Shown here: piece by piece, positions 30,601 to 43,000 of the stretch | How the letters are laid out: every line of letters begins with the position of its first letter | How positions within the stretch are numbered: position 1 is the first letter of the stretch | Source: Trichoplax adhaerens | Taxonomy: Eukaryota; Animalia; Placozoa | DNA length: 64,000 bases | Direction of reading: 5' to 3' | NCBI RefSeq assembly: GCF_000150275.1 | Contig: NW_002060943.1 | Coordinates: 10,200,209-10,264,208, forward strand | Made by a program: the position numbers and the translations under genes | The notes under the pieces: model-generated | The model's input: the letters and a program-made list of their open reading frames with translations, nothing else | The model's database searches: none | Told to the model about the DNA's origin: nothing

Positions 30601-31285
30601 GACAGGTGTTTACGATATCCCAAAAACTTTAAATATTCCGGGAGAAGGTCTTCCTTTTGTCTACCATCGCTGCCCGGATTTTAAGCATATTGATCTATCC
30701 TCTAATACTAATGGGCCGATTTTAGTTATTGGATCTGGTCTATCAGCCGGTGATACAATTCTTGCTGCTCTAGAGAACGGTTTTAATGTTGCACATTCAT
30801 TCATACAGAAGACAAATGATCATAGCTTAGTATTCAATCGTTTACCATTATCTTTTTATCCTGAGTATCGTAAAGTATACGAACTTATGACTTGTACTAG
30901 CAGAGATGGTTGCGATTGCTATGTTCCATTTTGTTGCTATAAACTGATAGAAATAAAATTCGATGGCACTTGCATTCTAGAAAGTATGAAAAATTTGGAA
31001 CGCATCGCTATTTTAGCATCGAGCGTCGTAATTGTAATAGGATCGAGCCCAGATCTAAGCTTTTTGACGGATAGCACAATTGCAGGGGCAGTGCAGAACG
31101 GAACGTATGTTGATTATAATTATCAATCGAACCCTATTAAAGTTGACCCATATACTTATGAAGTTATCGATCAACCGGATATGTATGCTATGGGTCCTCT
31201 TGTCGGTGATAACTTTGTACGGTTTATAACTGGTGGTGCATTTGGTATCGCTAGCTCCATTGTAAAAAAAGCAAATTTGTTTTAA
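27656..31285 (+). CDS. OSGIN: Oxidative stress-induced growth inhibitor family flavoprotein (exons 27656-27692, 28152-28285, 29906-31285)
   Basis: Rossmann motif PVVIIGNGPSGLSLSHILSGNWPYY, GRSSNPVAVLFDQLHHPNAD, VVLATG, a second Rossmann motif ILVIGSGLSAGD and the C-terminal YAMGPLVGDNFVRFITGGA are typical of OSGIN1/2. Confidence 0.92.
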
Positions 31286-33179
31286 ATTGCTAACGACTAT
31301 AAGTATGATATCGTATACAAATTAATTGTTATATGTGTGTCAGCTGTATATACTAAGTTATTATAAGCTTTTCTTTAAAATACAAGCGGAATATATTACG
31401 GTTTCTACCTATCATCGGACTAAGTACTTTTGTTTCTACACATGTTTAAAGTTGAAGAAAATGTACAGTTTATTAGTTGTTGATGTTTAAATAGCTTTAT
31501 CGCTTGTAATATTCTAAACCGATTTGCCTACTTGTCTTAATATATATATATATCCGTATATTTATAAGTCAGCTCCTTCTTCTATGTTAAATGTTATACG
31601 AACAGTATTCGATATGTTTATGTCATAAAGGCAACTTTCATCAGCTTTTTTATACTTCATCTATGATACGAATATAATGCTTAGTAACCTTATGATCAAA
31701 GTCTTGATATAAACGGCCAAAATTGTAACGTCTTGTATTGTAACATTGTTCACGAATTTTTCTGAAATATTTAAGTTACAAAGTAAAGGGTAATATGCGC
31801 CTGCATTTTATTACGTTCTCATCTCACGTCTTTTATTCATATACTGACTGTACATTAGTATATTGTAAATTGTAGAGAAAAATTAATACCATCAGCATAT
31901 ACTGTACTGCAGTTTCCATAGTTTATTTGTACGCCTGATCATTCACCATATCATGCTAAAATACACTTAATCTCTCATTATGCGTCGATGCCAATCTCGT
32001 ATCATTTTATTGATCAAAGCTGAGAATAACTAAATACGGTGTCATGTACTTTGCCACAGTGTTCGTTAGTACGTACTTTTGTGTTCTCTACTGGTAGGAA
32101 CAACAGAATACTGTATTACAGTATCTGCACTCACGATTACAAGATATTAACGCGTCCATAGATAGGCAGCTATTGGCCATATACTGTGCACGAACTTTAC
32201 GTGTAATGGAAATCATTTCTCACAATTTTAAAGTGTTAACGTCGATATGTAGATTAAATTTATGAGCCTAGTTTGTATTTATGTGATGTAAATCAGACTT
32301 ATGATTTTGGACTGTCAACATATCGATACTAGATCATCAAGCACATATTTACGAGTACATACAGTAGTACGATATAGCCTTTTCTCTATTATATTTCAAA
32401 TATTGGGTAACATGTGAAAGTGCCGATATTATGGATTTTGCAGACTAGCGTACAAAATCTGCTGGTGAGGATATAAAAGAAGGAACTGTTATTGATGAAA
32501 CAGAAGCGAACTTTCTCAATTAGATGTGAGTTTACCGGGAGCTTAAACAATAATATCAACGCTACAGACTTGAGATAGTTTATTCACTCTTTAAAATTCA
32601 AATACTTACAGCGTTATATAAATATTTGAACATTTAGCTAATCAAGACGCTATGCTTATACTTTACAACAACCTTAATACCAGGGGTAAAGATGAGCTGA
32701 TGTTAAATTTTGCAAAAAAGATAGAACGTTTTAAATTGCTTTATACTTATATTAATTCTTTGGATCATATCTAGACTATTTATATGCTGCGTACGTTTAT
32801 ACTCCCTATTACATAATAAAGGATGACAAATAAAATTTATTAATAATTATTTCACTGTCAATGATTTTCCTTCGTAAGATATATTTTAATAACATATAAA
32901 TAAGAGAAGTCATGTAATAAAATTGTCTATTTTATATCTTTTTACTATGGTAAATAAATTTTCACGGGATCTCTATAATATATTGTACAGTTAAGAAAAC
33001 ATGAAATAATATTTGAATTTTGAAATTATGGTACATTGCTCCTCTCCAGATCAAATAACTATTTCTTGCATTCTTATAAGGATAGTATTGCCTTTCCTAT
33101 TCAATACTTGAATTTATGTTTTTAATAATATATTAAAATTCGAGCTTTTTGATGTGGTTACATAAAGAGCTAAAATTGG

Positions 33180-36100
33180 CTATTTGATCTTCGTGGCCAA
33201 CAAAATAATCAGCATTATGATAATAGTTACACCTAGTACAAGAATCAGAATCATTTTGCAAGATCTTTTTTGGTACTTCTCCCCCTAATGAAATATGATT
33301 ATATTTACATTCAATATCACCTTACCGTAAAATTTGGATTATTCTAGATTTCGATTAACTGAAAATTCACGTATAAATATTACATACTACCGTCATTACC
33401 TTTTCTAACTGCTTTAGTCCTTCTTCTACTTGTACTGCTGCATGCTCAATGTTATAATCGATGCGATCAAGAACTGTTCCCTGTTAATTTTTAAGACAAA
33501 AAACTTAAGAAAAGATACGTCTGAAGCTTCTTAGCAGTTCCTAATAATAGACTACTTTAATACCTGATCTACGATCAGTGTTGACAGGTCCTTAAATATT
33601 TCATTTAGTTCTGAAATGGATCGAACAATAGCGACAATTTCTCGTTCTCGCTCTTCGATTAAGGCGGTGTTATCTTCGACATATTGCAGCTGATCTTTCG
33701 TAAACCCCTTGTGCGTATGCAAATTTTTTAAACTCATTATTTCGCTTATAGAAATAAAATATTAATAGAAATATGAAGGTATATTATAATTATCTCATTA
33801 TACCCTATCGTATACTTCTGGTTCAATATTATCAGAATCAAATGGCGATGAGTTTACATTATTCTTTATTGGCCCACCGATACTGGAACTTAGGAATTCT
33901 TCTCTAGACTTTAAACCTATGCATAAAGATCAATTCTAAAATGATCCAGAAAGAGTCTAGCTAACAATCTTAGATCTTACGTTTTAAATAGCTAGATTGG
34001 CCTTTGCGGAAAGTTGATGACATTTCTTGTAATGTTACAGCCAGAGACGCCATAACGTTCTTCGCAATTTTCTGTTCTTGTGACGATGCAGAACGATTGC
34101 GACTACCAATATTCTTAATACTACGTTGGCATCGATGAAACATCTGCCATAATTTAAGTTGTTGAAAATGATGCAAATTGATAAAGTTGTTATAATCGAG
34201 AATAATGAGAACATGGATATCGAACCATGTCACGGTATCAAGTGATGGATGAGCTCTATTACCTCCGTAATTTCCTGTGTTAAAATTTCAATACTATGTT
34301 CATCTTCCATATTGTCATTAAAATCTGGTCTATTTAATTGCTTATCATGTAATGATGATAGTTCTTTCACTAGAAAGTTAAGTGGGTTGAAAAGAATTCC
34401 ATACTGATGATTATTTTAATCAGCAAAAGAGAGCTACTATGCAATGCTAAAGGAAGTGCTAGTTCTTACTTTTTTGTTTGATTTGAGTAAAATCATAATG
34501 AATCTATTCCATAAAAATGTTGACCAAAAATATAAGATTGAAAGATCAAATAATTATCCTTATTCAATTTATCCTCATTATAGTATACGTAAAAATTCGG
34601 TGATTTGAAAAAATTGCGTGAATTACATGATTACACTGATTATGTAAAGTATTTTATACTCAGGTCTAGTAGTAGTTACAGTATGATCTCAAACCTCGTC
34701 CACAGCATCGACCCTATTTAAACAATTTAAACCAAGACGAATAAATATATTTATTGATGTTGTTTGTAAGCTTTATGAAGGTATGAAAATCACTACAATT
34801 TTAGTTCAACTTAATTTATCGTAATAACTACTATGAATGTTTCAAAAGATATTTAGCTGCTCATCTTACCAAGATGGAGGTAGACTTGATTTAGCTTTGC
34901 CATCCCTAATACCGACTTCTACATCTTTCCCAATTAAGGCCACTTTACTTTCCTCCTGAAAGAACGCATCGATACAATGAGATAAGCAAAAGCTATATTA
35001 CGATTAGCATTTCTTTGGAAAAAGGGAGCAATAAAGATTTGATTTATCTACGACGAATCAGCTCCATTACAAGCTAGTTCAGTTGCAGAAATTTGTTACA
35101 GTATCAAAATATTGTTCTATTGCGAGAATAGTGATACACCTAAGCAAAGACTTAAGGTTGCGTTTATAAAACTGTACTATATATCGTTCATGGACCATGT
35201 CGTTATTATTTTCTTTATGAGTTAGTAACTATCAGGAAATAGAATTTCATTTTTGAGATAACTAAAGTCAACTTGATACTGCAGTTGATAAAAATCAGAT
35301 GGTAATTCCATACTCGTGTTTACTTAACAACGAGCTTAACTATTAGAAAGAAACATCTGTTACGTAAAGAATACCTTACAACAATTTTGTTTGAAGTAAA
35401 TTTAAGAATTATTAACATTTAACTCATAACAACATTACATATACAAATTTAAGTATGTGTACTGAGAAATTATGATCAAAGTTATTTTTAAAATCGCAGA
35501 GTACAGCAGGTTCAAAGATAATTAGCAGTGAGATTAAAAAAGTAAAGAAATACATTTCTCATCAAGCAGCCTAGATCTGTTAACTGCTTCCTTTAAAAGC
35601 ACATCTCCAAATAAAATAACAAATAGAAAAATAAAATCTTAATCTAATTTTCGCAATCTTGAATATTTATAATTGAAAGTATACTTTATTACGATCTCGA
35701 CCTATCTCGTCCTCAAAATCCTCAAATTAAAGCTCTAAGCCGCTGACATATATCAAATTAAGGTTCCAATACTATTAGCATGATCAATTACTCATATTTT
35801 TCCTATGAGATGTCGTGTCTAATTGACGTAGCTTTTATTATGAAGAGCTTGGATCAATGATCCAAGAAGTCATAATAATGAATTCTTACACACTACCTTT
35901 ATTACCTTGTTCAGCCATAATAAGAGTAATGTAGTATCAGTATAATTGTAGATTAATTTAATTTATGATTGATGAATACTATCCAAACGAAGAGAAATTA
36001 AATAGTTACCGAGTACAGCAATAACTGCTATACCTAGCTAAAGTATTACATTGCAATTTCAGATTATATATTGTAACTTAACGCCATAACTACTCTAAAT

Positions 36101-38401
36101 CATGGAGGGTTTAACATTTATACTGTAACTAAACAGTAACTCGGTTTGTTGAATTTAATGATTGAAAGTCTAAGATATGGCATTATGATACTACTATCAC
36201 TACGATAGACAAGTAAGAACACATAGTACAGTATTAGATCCACTGGCTCTTAAACAAAAATTTAAATTTATGAAAAAGAGTCTATTCGGGTCAGTTTAAG
36301 AGTACTTCCAATATATGGGTACTGTAGTGCTAAAGTGTAACTTTGTCAGGGTAAATACAGGAATCAATCAGTGCAATTCGAAAGTCTTCACAAGACCTGA
36401 ACAAGCGGATACAGCAATTTGTTACGTAGACGTCACCACTGCCGTCTTCATTATAGCCTACATAGGGTTCTGAATACACCATACAGCAATATACGAGTGT
36501 GATCATTGGTTATTACTGAACTAAGTTCCTAGTATCCATAATACAGTACAGTAACATGCAAAGGCTCCAGTGTTGACAAATGGTTTAATTAATGACCGTA
36601 TGGATCGCTATGCAACATTGATATTCTATTTCATACACATTTCAGGTAGAGCGATTATCACGATTGCTATATACTTCTTAGCTTTCCAGTAGATACCATA
36701 ATCAAGTAGATTTATATAAAAGTATTATTAGTTTTAGCTTTACATAAGATACAAATGTATACTAAACAGCCAAATTTTGAATTAGATACAGCTAGATGCA
36801 GTAAATAAAAATTCAGCTCTATCTTGATCGGTAGTGCAAATTTAATTTTAATGCCCATTTATTAGAGTTAACTTTTCGATTTATGATTTTAAATGATGTC
36901 ATTGTATGGGAGGAAAAAGGTTATCAATGCGTAGAAACTAGCTATTTAAATGTATACGTTTTGTTCAATATAACTGTACTGTGCGTATATTAGCATTTGG
37001 TTATGGTCTCATGTGCTACGTGTGCGTATATCATCATTACAGTATATGCATAATTTCAAATCTTTGTTGTTGGTCATTCATGAAAATATATATCGTTATC
37101 TCATCTTTCTCACATTAAGGTAGAATTGCGTAGAACGTAAAAAGATGTATTCCTTTTCGAGACCGCAGTAAGGTGTAAAAGTTTTAACAAGATTAAAGAT
37201 CTGTCTTCATCATTCGNNNNNNNNNNNNNNNNNNNNNNNNNNNNNNNNNNNNNNNNNNNNNNNNNNCAGGCAACTATGGACTGTTGATCTTTGGGTATAT
37301 TAATTTAGAGAACATACATAAGCTGGAGATTTTCAACAAATCCGTATGAATACCATACTTTGGAATACGATTGTTTCAATGCATTAATAACGAGATATGA
37401 TTGAGTCAGTTTTTGTATAGTAACTGGTATATACGCGTAATTATAGTAAGGAAGACATGATGTATACCCTATGGATACATTTTCTTGATCAGATAATTTA
37501 ATGAATAAAATAACCAGCAGCACTTTCATTAGAGCAATTTCTCAAACCCTCAGCATCTGCGCTACATCTCAGTTAGAGTATTGAAGATTGTGCTTTCAAG
37601 TAAGTGTTATTTATAAGATACATCCCTGAAGTGAATTAGAGTATGCTAGATTGGCTAAAGGGAGATTTAGGGATTCTCGCTCGCATTTGGCGATTATAAC
37701 GAATTGATTGTATCGATGAAAGTAATTTATATTAGAGATATATCAGTGAAGAGACTAGTAAGTGGTAAGAGTGGGAGACTCGGATCCTACTCTACTCTCT
37801 GATGACTACTAGTACAGTATAATAAAAGTATTGATTGACATTATGATTTTATGGTTGTTATAGCAATATCTTTTAATAGAGAAATTTCTGTAACTAAGTA
37901 GTACATTTAAATTAGCTCTTATTACTGCTAATACATCAGTAGTACTAATCGGATCATTAATTGATTACGTCTATCATTGGTCATCAGTAGAAGATGTGTC
38001 TATAACTAGGCATTATCACAACAATTAATTCTTTGATATAAATCATAGTAGCGATGCTATGCTGTTTTTATCACTGTTACTCCAAATTATTTACTACAGA
38101 AATCGATTGTAACATACAGTAATAGTAATAGACTAATAATATACTGTACATTTTATGACAAGTCAGTTAACATTTACAATTGCATACTACAGGAGAAAAG
38201 CTTTGGAAAATGTTAGCGTGCAAAATTTCCACTCATATCCTGTTCAATTAGTAAGTTCTATTCGTGTCTTTCATATAAATGTATAAGAATAGATTATACA
38301 AGCTAACCTACCACTTCACGTGGATCTGAAAAGAACTTTTTCTCCCTTATATTTGCCGTACGAAAGCGTAGAAAGACCTCGGTTAAACTTGTGGTAGCCA
38401 T
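33180..38401 (-). CDS. STX16: Syntaxin-16, Qa-SNARE (approx. 10 exons: 38401-38312, 34956-34870, 34713-34695, 34503-34470, 34369-34263, 34143-33981, 33917-33804, 33707-33564, 33480-33400, 33284-33180)
   Basis: N-peptide [54 protein letters not shown] motif [42 protein letters not shown], and a C-terminal TM helix. Confidence 0.95.
37217..37266. other. Assembly gap (50 N) within STX16 intron 1
   Basis: Run of N bases. Confidence 0.99.
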
Positions 38402-38509
38402 AGCGTTACAATTAAACTAAAGGTAGACTAAAAAAATGTTGCGAGTATTCAATCAGTAATGCGTCCTGTCAGATACAGTGCTATAAATGATACCATTACA
38501 TAATGATGA

Positions 38510-39980
38510 TTCATACTGTATGGTGGATGATGTACTGTACAGTACGTACTGTAGACAGTTGAGCTTTAGAAAGTACAGTACCTCGTACTGTACTGTACAG
38601 TACACTTGTACAGTACGAGGACTGGATACGGTGACGGTGTTACTGTATGCGTCCTTTTCTACTGTAGAAGTGCTTTCATCTTTCCCTGCGATTACTGTAC
38701 TGTATGTACTGTAGTTTGGGTCCGCAAAGATGCACTCGTGCTACTGTACTGCAGTACTGTATGCAAGACATCTTATTGACAAGACTTCAAAAGACAGTCG
38801 AAAGTCTACTACTATATTTATTACTGTAAGAACAGCCTTTGAGCCAGGTAGTACAACTCTCTACTGTACTATTTTTTTGGTGTGTCGATATTGTACCATA
38901 TAACCATCAGTTTCATGATTAGAATACGACTGAAAGAGGTCTACCGTAGAAGGAGGCAGTTTTATTATTATTTCTTCATTATAGCAAGTCTATTGTCCAT
39001 ATGTTTTCTCCATATGGGTAGTACAAATGTGCCGGCACATCACGTTGACTAACGGTAGCTACAGATTCGCGTCTACTGTACTGTACACTGTACAGAGTAC
39101 AGTGTACTGTATGTACCGTAGATGGGTACAGTCATGATCTACAGTATAGTACTGCAGCCATTTCAATTCTTTAATGGTGCGTGATCCAGCGTAACTGTGG
39201 TGATGGATTCCATTGCCCCTCTCTCTTTTCCTTATTTCATACTGAATTAGCGCTATATTTATTTATTTACTATTTCGCATACGCAGCAAGTTGTAAGAGT
39301 AATGTGTCTTTGTTTAAACGCTGAGTAGTGAGTATGTGCTGTAAACTCAGTGTGAGTACAGTACAGTACAGTACAATGAATGTACATTGTACAGTGTACA
39401 GTACTGTACACTGTACTGTATATTAGGCCCAGCCATAATAACCCCGATTACTCAGATACTCAGCGTAAATAGCTTAAACGATGATACATTATTGCTATTT
39501 ACGCTGAGTATCTGAGTAATCGGGGTTATTATGGCTGGGCCTACTGTATATGGATTGCAGAGGAAGCTTGACTCGGACAGTCGGACATACGGACCTCATC
39601 TTATTACGGTGGCCGAACGATCTGCACACGTTCGGAACAGTAGCTTTATACTGTACTGTACTGTATGTATTTTTTATAACATACCGTATAGTGTACAAAA
39701 CAGCACAGCACAGTACAGTACACCGTACTCTAATATACAGTACAGTACTGTACCGTACTGTACTGTGCAGTACAGTACTGGAATCTCGATCATTCATTCT
39801 CTAGTAGAGAACAGTACCGTACTGTACAGTGTGGTACAGGACTGACTACAGTACCGGGTGAAACGACCCGACAAGGTAATCTCTACTAACTACAGTACTG
39901 TACTGTACAGTACAGTACAGTACTCTACAGTATGTTCTTGCGCACTGAATGACTGAACTACAGTACTGTACTGTAGACTA
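38510..39980. repeat. Long TACAG/CTGTA-rich region between divergent STX16 and TMX3 (contains the 50-bp fold-back)
   Basis: Pentamer runs extend to within ~100 bp of each ATG. Confidence 0.9.
39424..39543. repeat. Perfect 50-bp inverted repeat with 20-nt spacer (fold-back, probable MITE)
   Basis: 39424-39473 TAGGCCCAGCCATAATAACCCCGATTACTCAGATACTCAGCGTAAATAGC is the exact reverse complement of 39494-39543. The outer TA dinucleotides may be a target duplication. Confidence 0.9.
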
Positions 39981-40067
39981 CACTATAAAAAACACAGTGT
40001 CATCTACTGTCATCTATTGTCTGTCAATCGAAGTTACAGGCACCTACGCCAACAGCCAACAACCGAA

Positions 40068-43000
40068 ATGTCTTCAGCAACATTTGTATTTATTGGTAAA
40101 TATTTTAATTGCAAGATCTTATTACTGTATTTTATAATAAATGTAGTATATCAAAATTTTTCTAAACTACAAGTGTTCAGTATTAGCGTTTATTCCCTTA
40201 ATCAGAACAATAGCTGACTATATTGTACAGTATACCTTTATTATAATGATCACAAGTGGCAGGTTCAAAGTTATTGACGAAAGCAAAAGTGCTATCAAGG
40301 CCTTGCAGGCATTATTATTCTTATGCCCATTCTAGAACAGTACACGATTAATGAGGATGATATAACTGCTTGGACTACGAATTTTGAGTGTACATTTGTG
40401 ATCTAGTATAATACGGTATGGAATTACGTAAGCATCACACTGTATCTCTCTACTAGCGAACATAAAATCCTTAAAATAACTGTTTGCTAATCGTTGATAC
40501 AGTACACTCAGTATAGACTAATTTACACGTTTACTTACCGATTGCATGATAAAATTTGGGATATACAGAAATCAATTTTTGCATACTATTTTCCTGCGGT
40601 CCGTAATTCTAGGATTACCGTTCCATGTCGGTTCCATAGCAATTCACTTCAGATTACATTACCTTGCAATATTTATCTTGCAATAGTTTTTTCACCAATT
40701 TATAAACAAAAATTTTCCTTTCTATACGATTAGTTATAGATTCGATGTAGAACTGAGTTTACGTTTTACCATTCATTCATTTGAACGAGCATACTGACAG
40801 TATTATATATACATTTAGAAAATTTAGAAAGTAGAGCATATAGTGTAGGCATCTCTACAATGGTATAACACTTCTGATTTTTAGTTCAATCTATAAATTC
40901 AGGTGCTTCTGCCGTAAATTGTACTCTTTCTCATATTTTCAAATGCTTGACAACTTAACTTTTTAATCAATCTGTTATAGCATGGTTAATAACCCAAGTG
41001 AATTGCCATGCGATCGAGTTGGATGAAAAGTAAGTAGTTTTTACTCATTAAGGTTATGTTAATTGTAAATTTTCGTTTGCAAACATTTTATGTATTTACG
41101 ATTAACGGAATGTCTATCAAATTGGAAAAACTGATTTCTCTATTGAATTATGAGAAATACTTTTATGTCCATATCTACTGTAGATGAGGGAACTGTAATG
41201 TTGGTGTAGGCCTCATGATCTTTCTTTGTGTTACTTGCATTGTGTGAAGAACCTTGTTTCTACAAAATCCAATGCAATATTATAATGTTGCGCAAAAAAT
41301 CCTCGTTATTTTTCTTTTTTAGACAACTGACTGTATCTTCTCCAATATCTTAAGATATGACCTATATAACAAGTATTTATTGAAATCTCGCTTTACCGAT
41401 ATACTGTGTGTGTAGTACAATATATCTACCGTAAGGTCATGAGATGAGGACTTTGACAATTAACTATATATCAGTGTAACAACGTCAGAATAAGTGTTAG
41501 TAATGTGCCACTGTAGTAATATTTCATTATTGATTCATATACGGATAGCTTCTGAAACTACGGTACATGGTAGTTGAAGCGCTTATAACACAAAATTATA
41601 TAGAAAGATGATTACACGAGAAATAGGCTCTATCATTAATTTAATGTCGCATTGAAAACGCATTCAATAAACACGCTTATACTTTACATGTCGTAGATTC
41701 ATTTATTCCTTGATAGCATTAGCGATTTGAGGGTCTCTACATGACCGTCAAGTCTGTTTATTGTTTCTTTCCTTAACAATACTTTTGGCTTAAATACGCA
41801 TATACTGTACAACAATAAATTTGTTACTTTTTTTTAAGCTGTATCGCAGGATGTATGCAGTTAGGGAACTTGTACACAACACAATATTATATAAACGTAA
41901 ATTTTTACTGCCAGTAAATACATATATACAGCAGTGCACAATGTTGTCCATTTAAGCCTTCAACTGAGACTATTAACTAGATAAATAAGTGATTGTTGTA
42001 GTATACTCTCTCTTCACAGTATTTAGAATGTTCAATATACAAGTAGAGTACATCGCAGTCCGTAAAATTCTAAGCGACCAATACCGGCGATCCTGCACAT
42101 ATATAATAAAAAATTAAAGTTATAGCATTATAAATTTCAGTTTCGTTTCTAGCTCCCGTATGTGAGCCTGTCGCACTAGCAGTAACATCAAACGATACTG
42201 TTATAACAACATGCAAAAATACTAGAGTACTATGCTATGTATAGTACTGTACAGTAGTATTCCTAGCAGTACAACACAGTATTTGTAAGTTATCACAATA
42301 GCTATTAATTTTCTTGGTACATTGTTGCTTTTTCTTGTACTTCAATACCCAAACACTTATAAATGTAAGATATGAAATTAAATTTCACTCTTCTTTAATG
42401 ATATCACGCACCCAATTTTTGTTACTAATACAAGAAATAATTCTACGTGATGTATTTATTCCAATACCTAAAAGAATGTACTAGGTATACGCGTACTGTG
42501 TTTTCTTACAAGATGTACAGTACAGCACTTGATGATACACATCGCGGAATCGTTTTTTTTGTACTACGATCAGGAACTACTCAACTAACAATTCTCCCTC
42601 AAAAGTCGTAACTAAAAATTTCCCTTATACTAAAATACACCTCAACTAAGAATTCTCCCTCAAAAAGCTTTTGAGGGAGTATTCTTAGTTGAGTAGTCCC
42701 TGCTACAGCACTGTTTACTTTATTATCATGAACATGTCTTCCTAAATAAATTTTTCTATAGTTAATATGCTACGCTTTTTGTACTATCCCTACGTTTTAT
42801 TAGTATTCCTAGATATGAAATCATATTAATCTTATTCTTGTTTATTTTATTTTGGAAATACTTCAGTTTTCACTCACTAAGAGATGACGGAAATTGGCTA
42901 GTTATGGTATGTGTACACTGTACAGTGGAATATGTATATTTAAATCTTGTTTTATCTCTTCATCAGTTTCTCTAGCCATGCCTAAAAATTGAACCCTATA

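Noticed and set aside
37305-37529. 74-aa ORF with a hydrophobic start inside STX16 intron 1, next to the gap
   Set aside because: No recognisable homology or supporting splice structure, and it is adjacent to an assembly gap.
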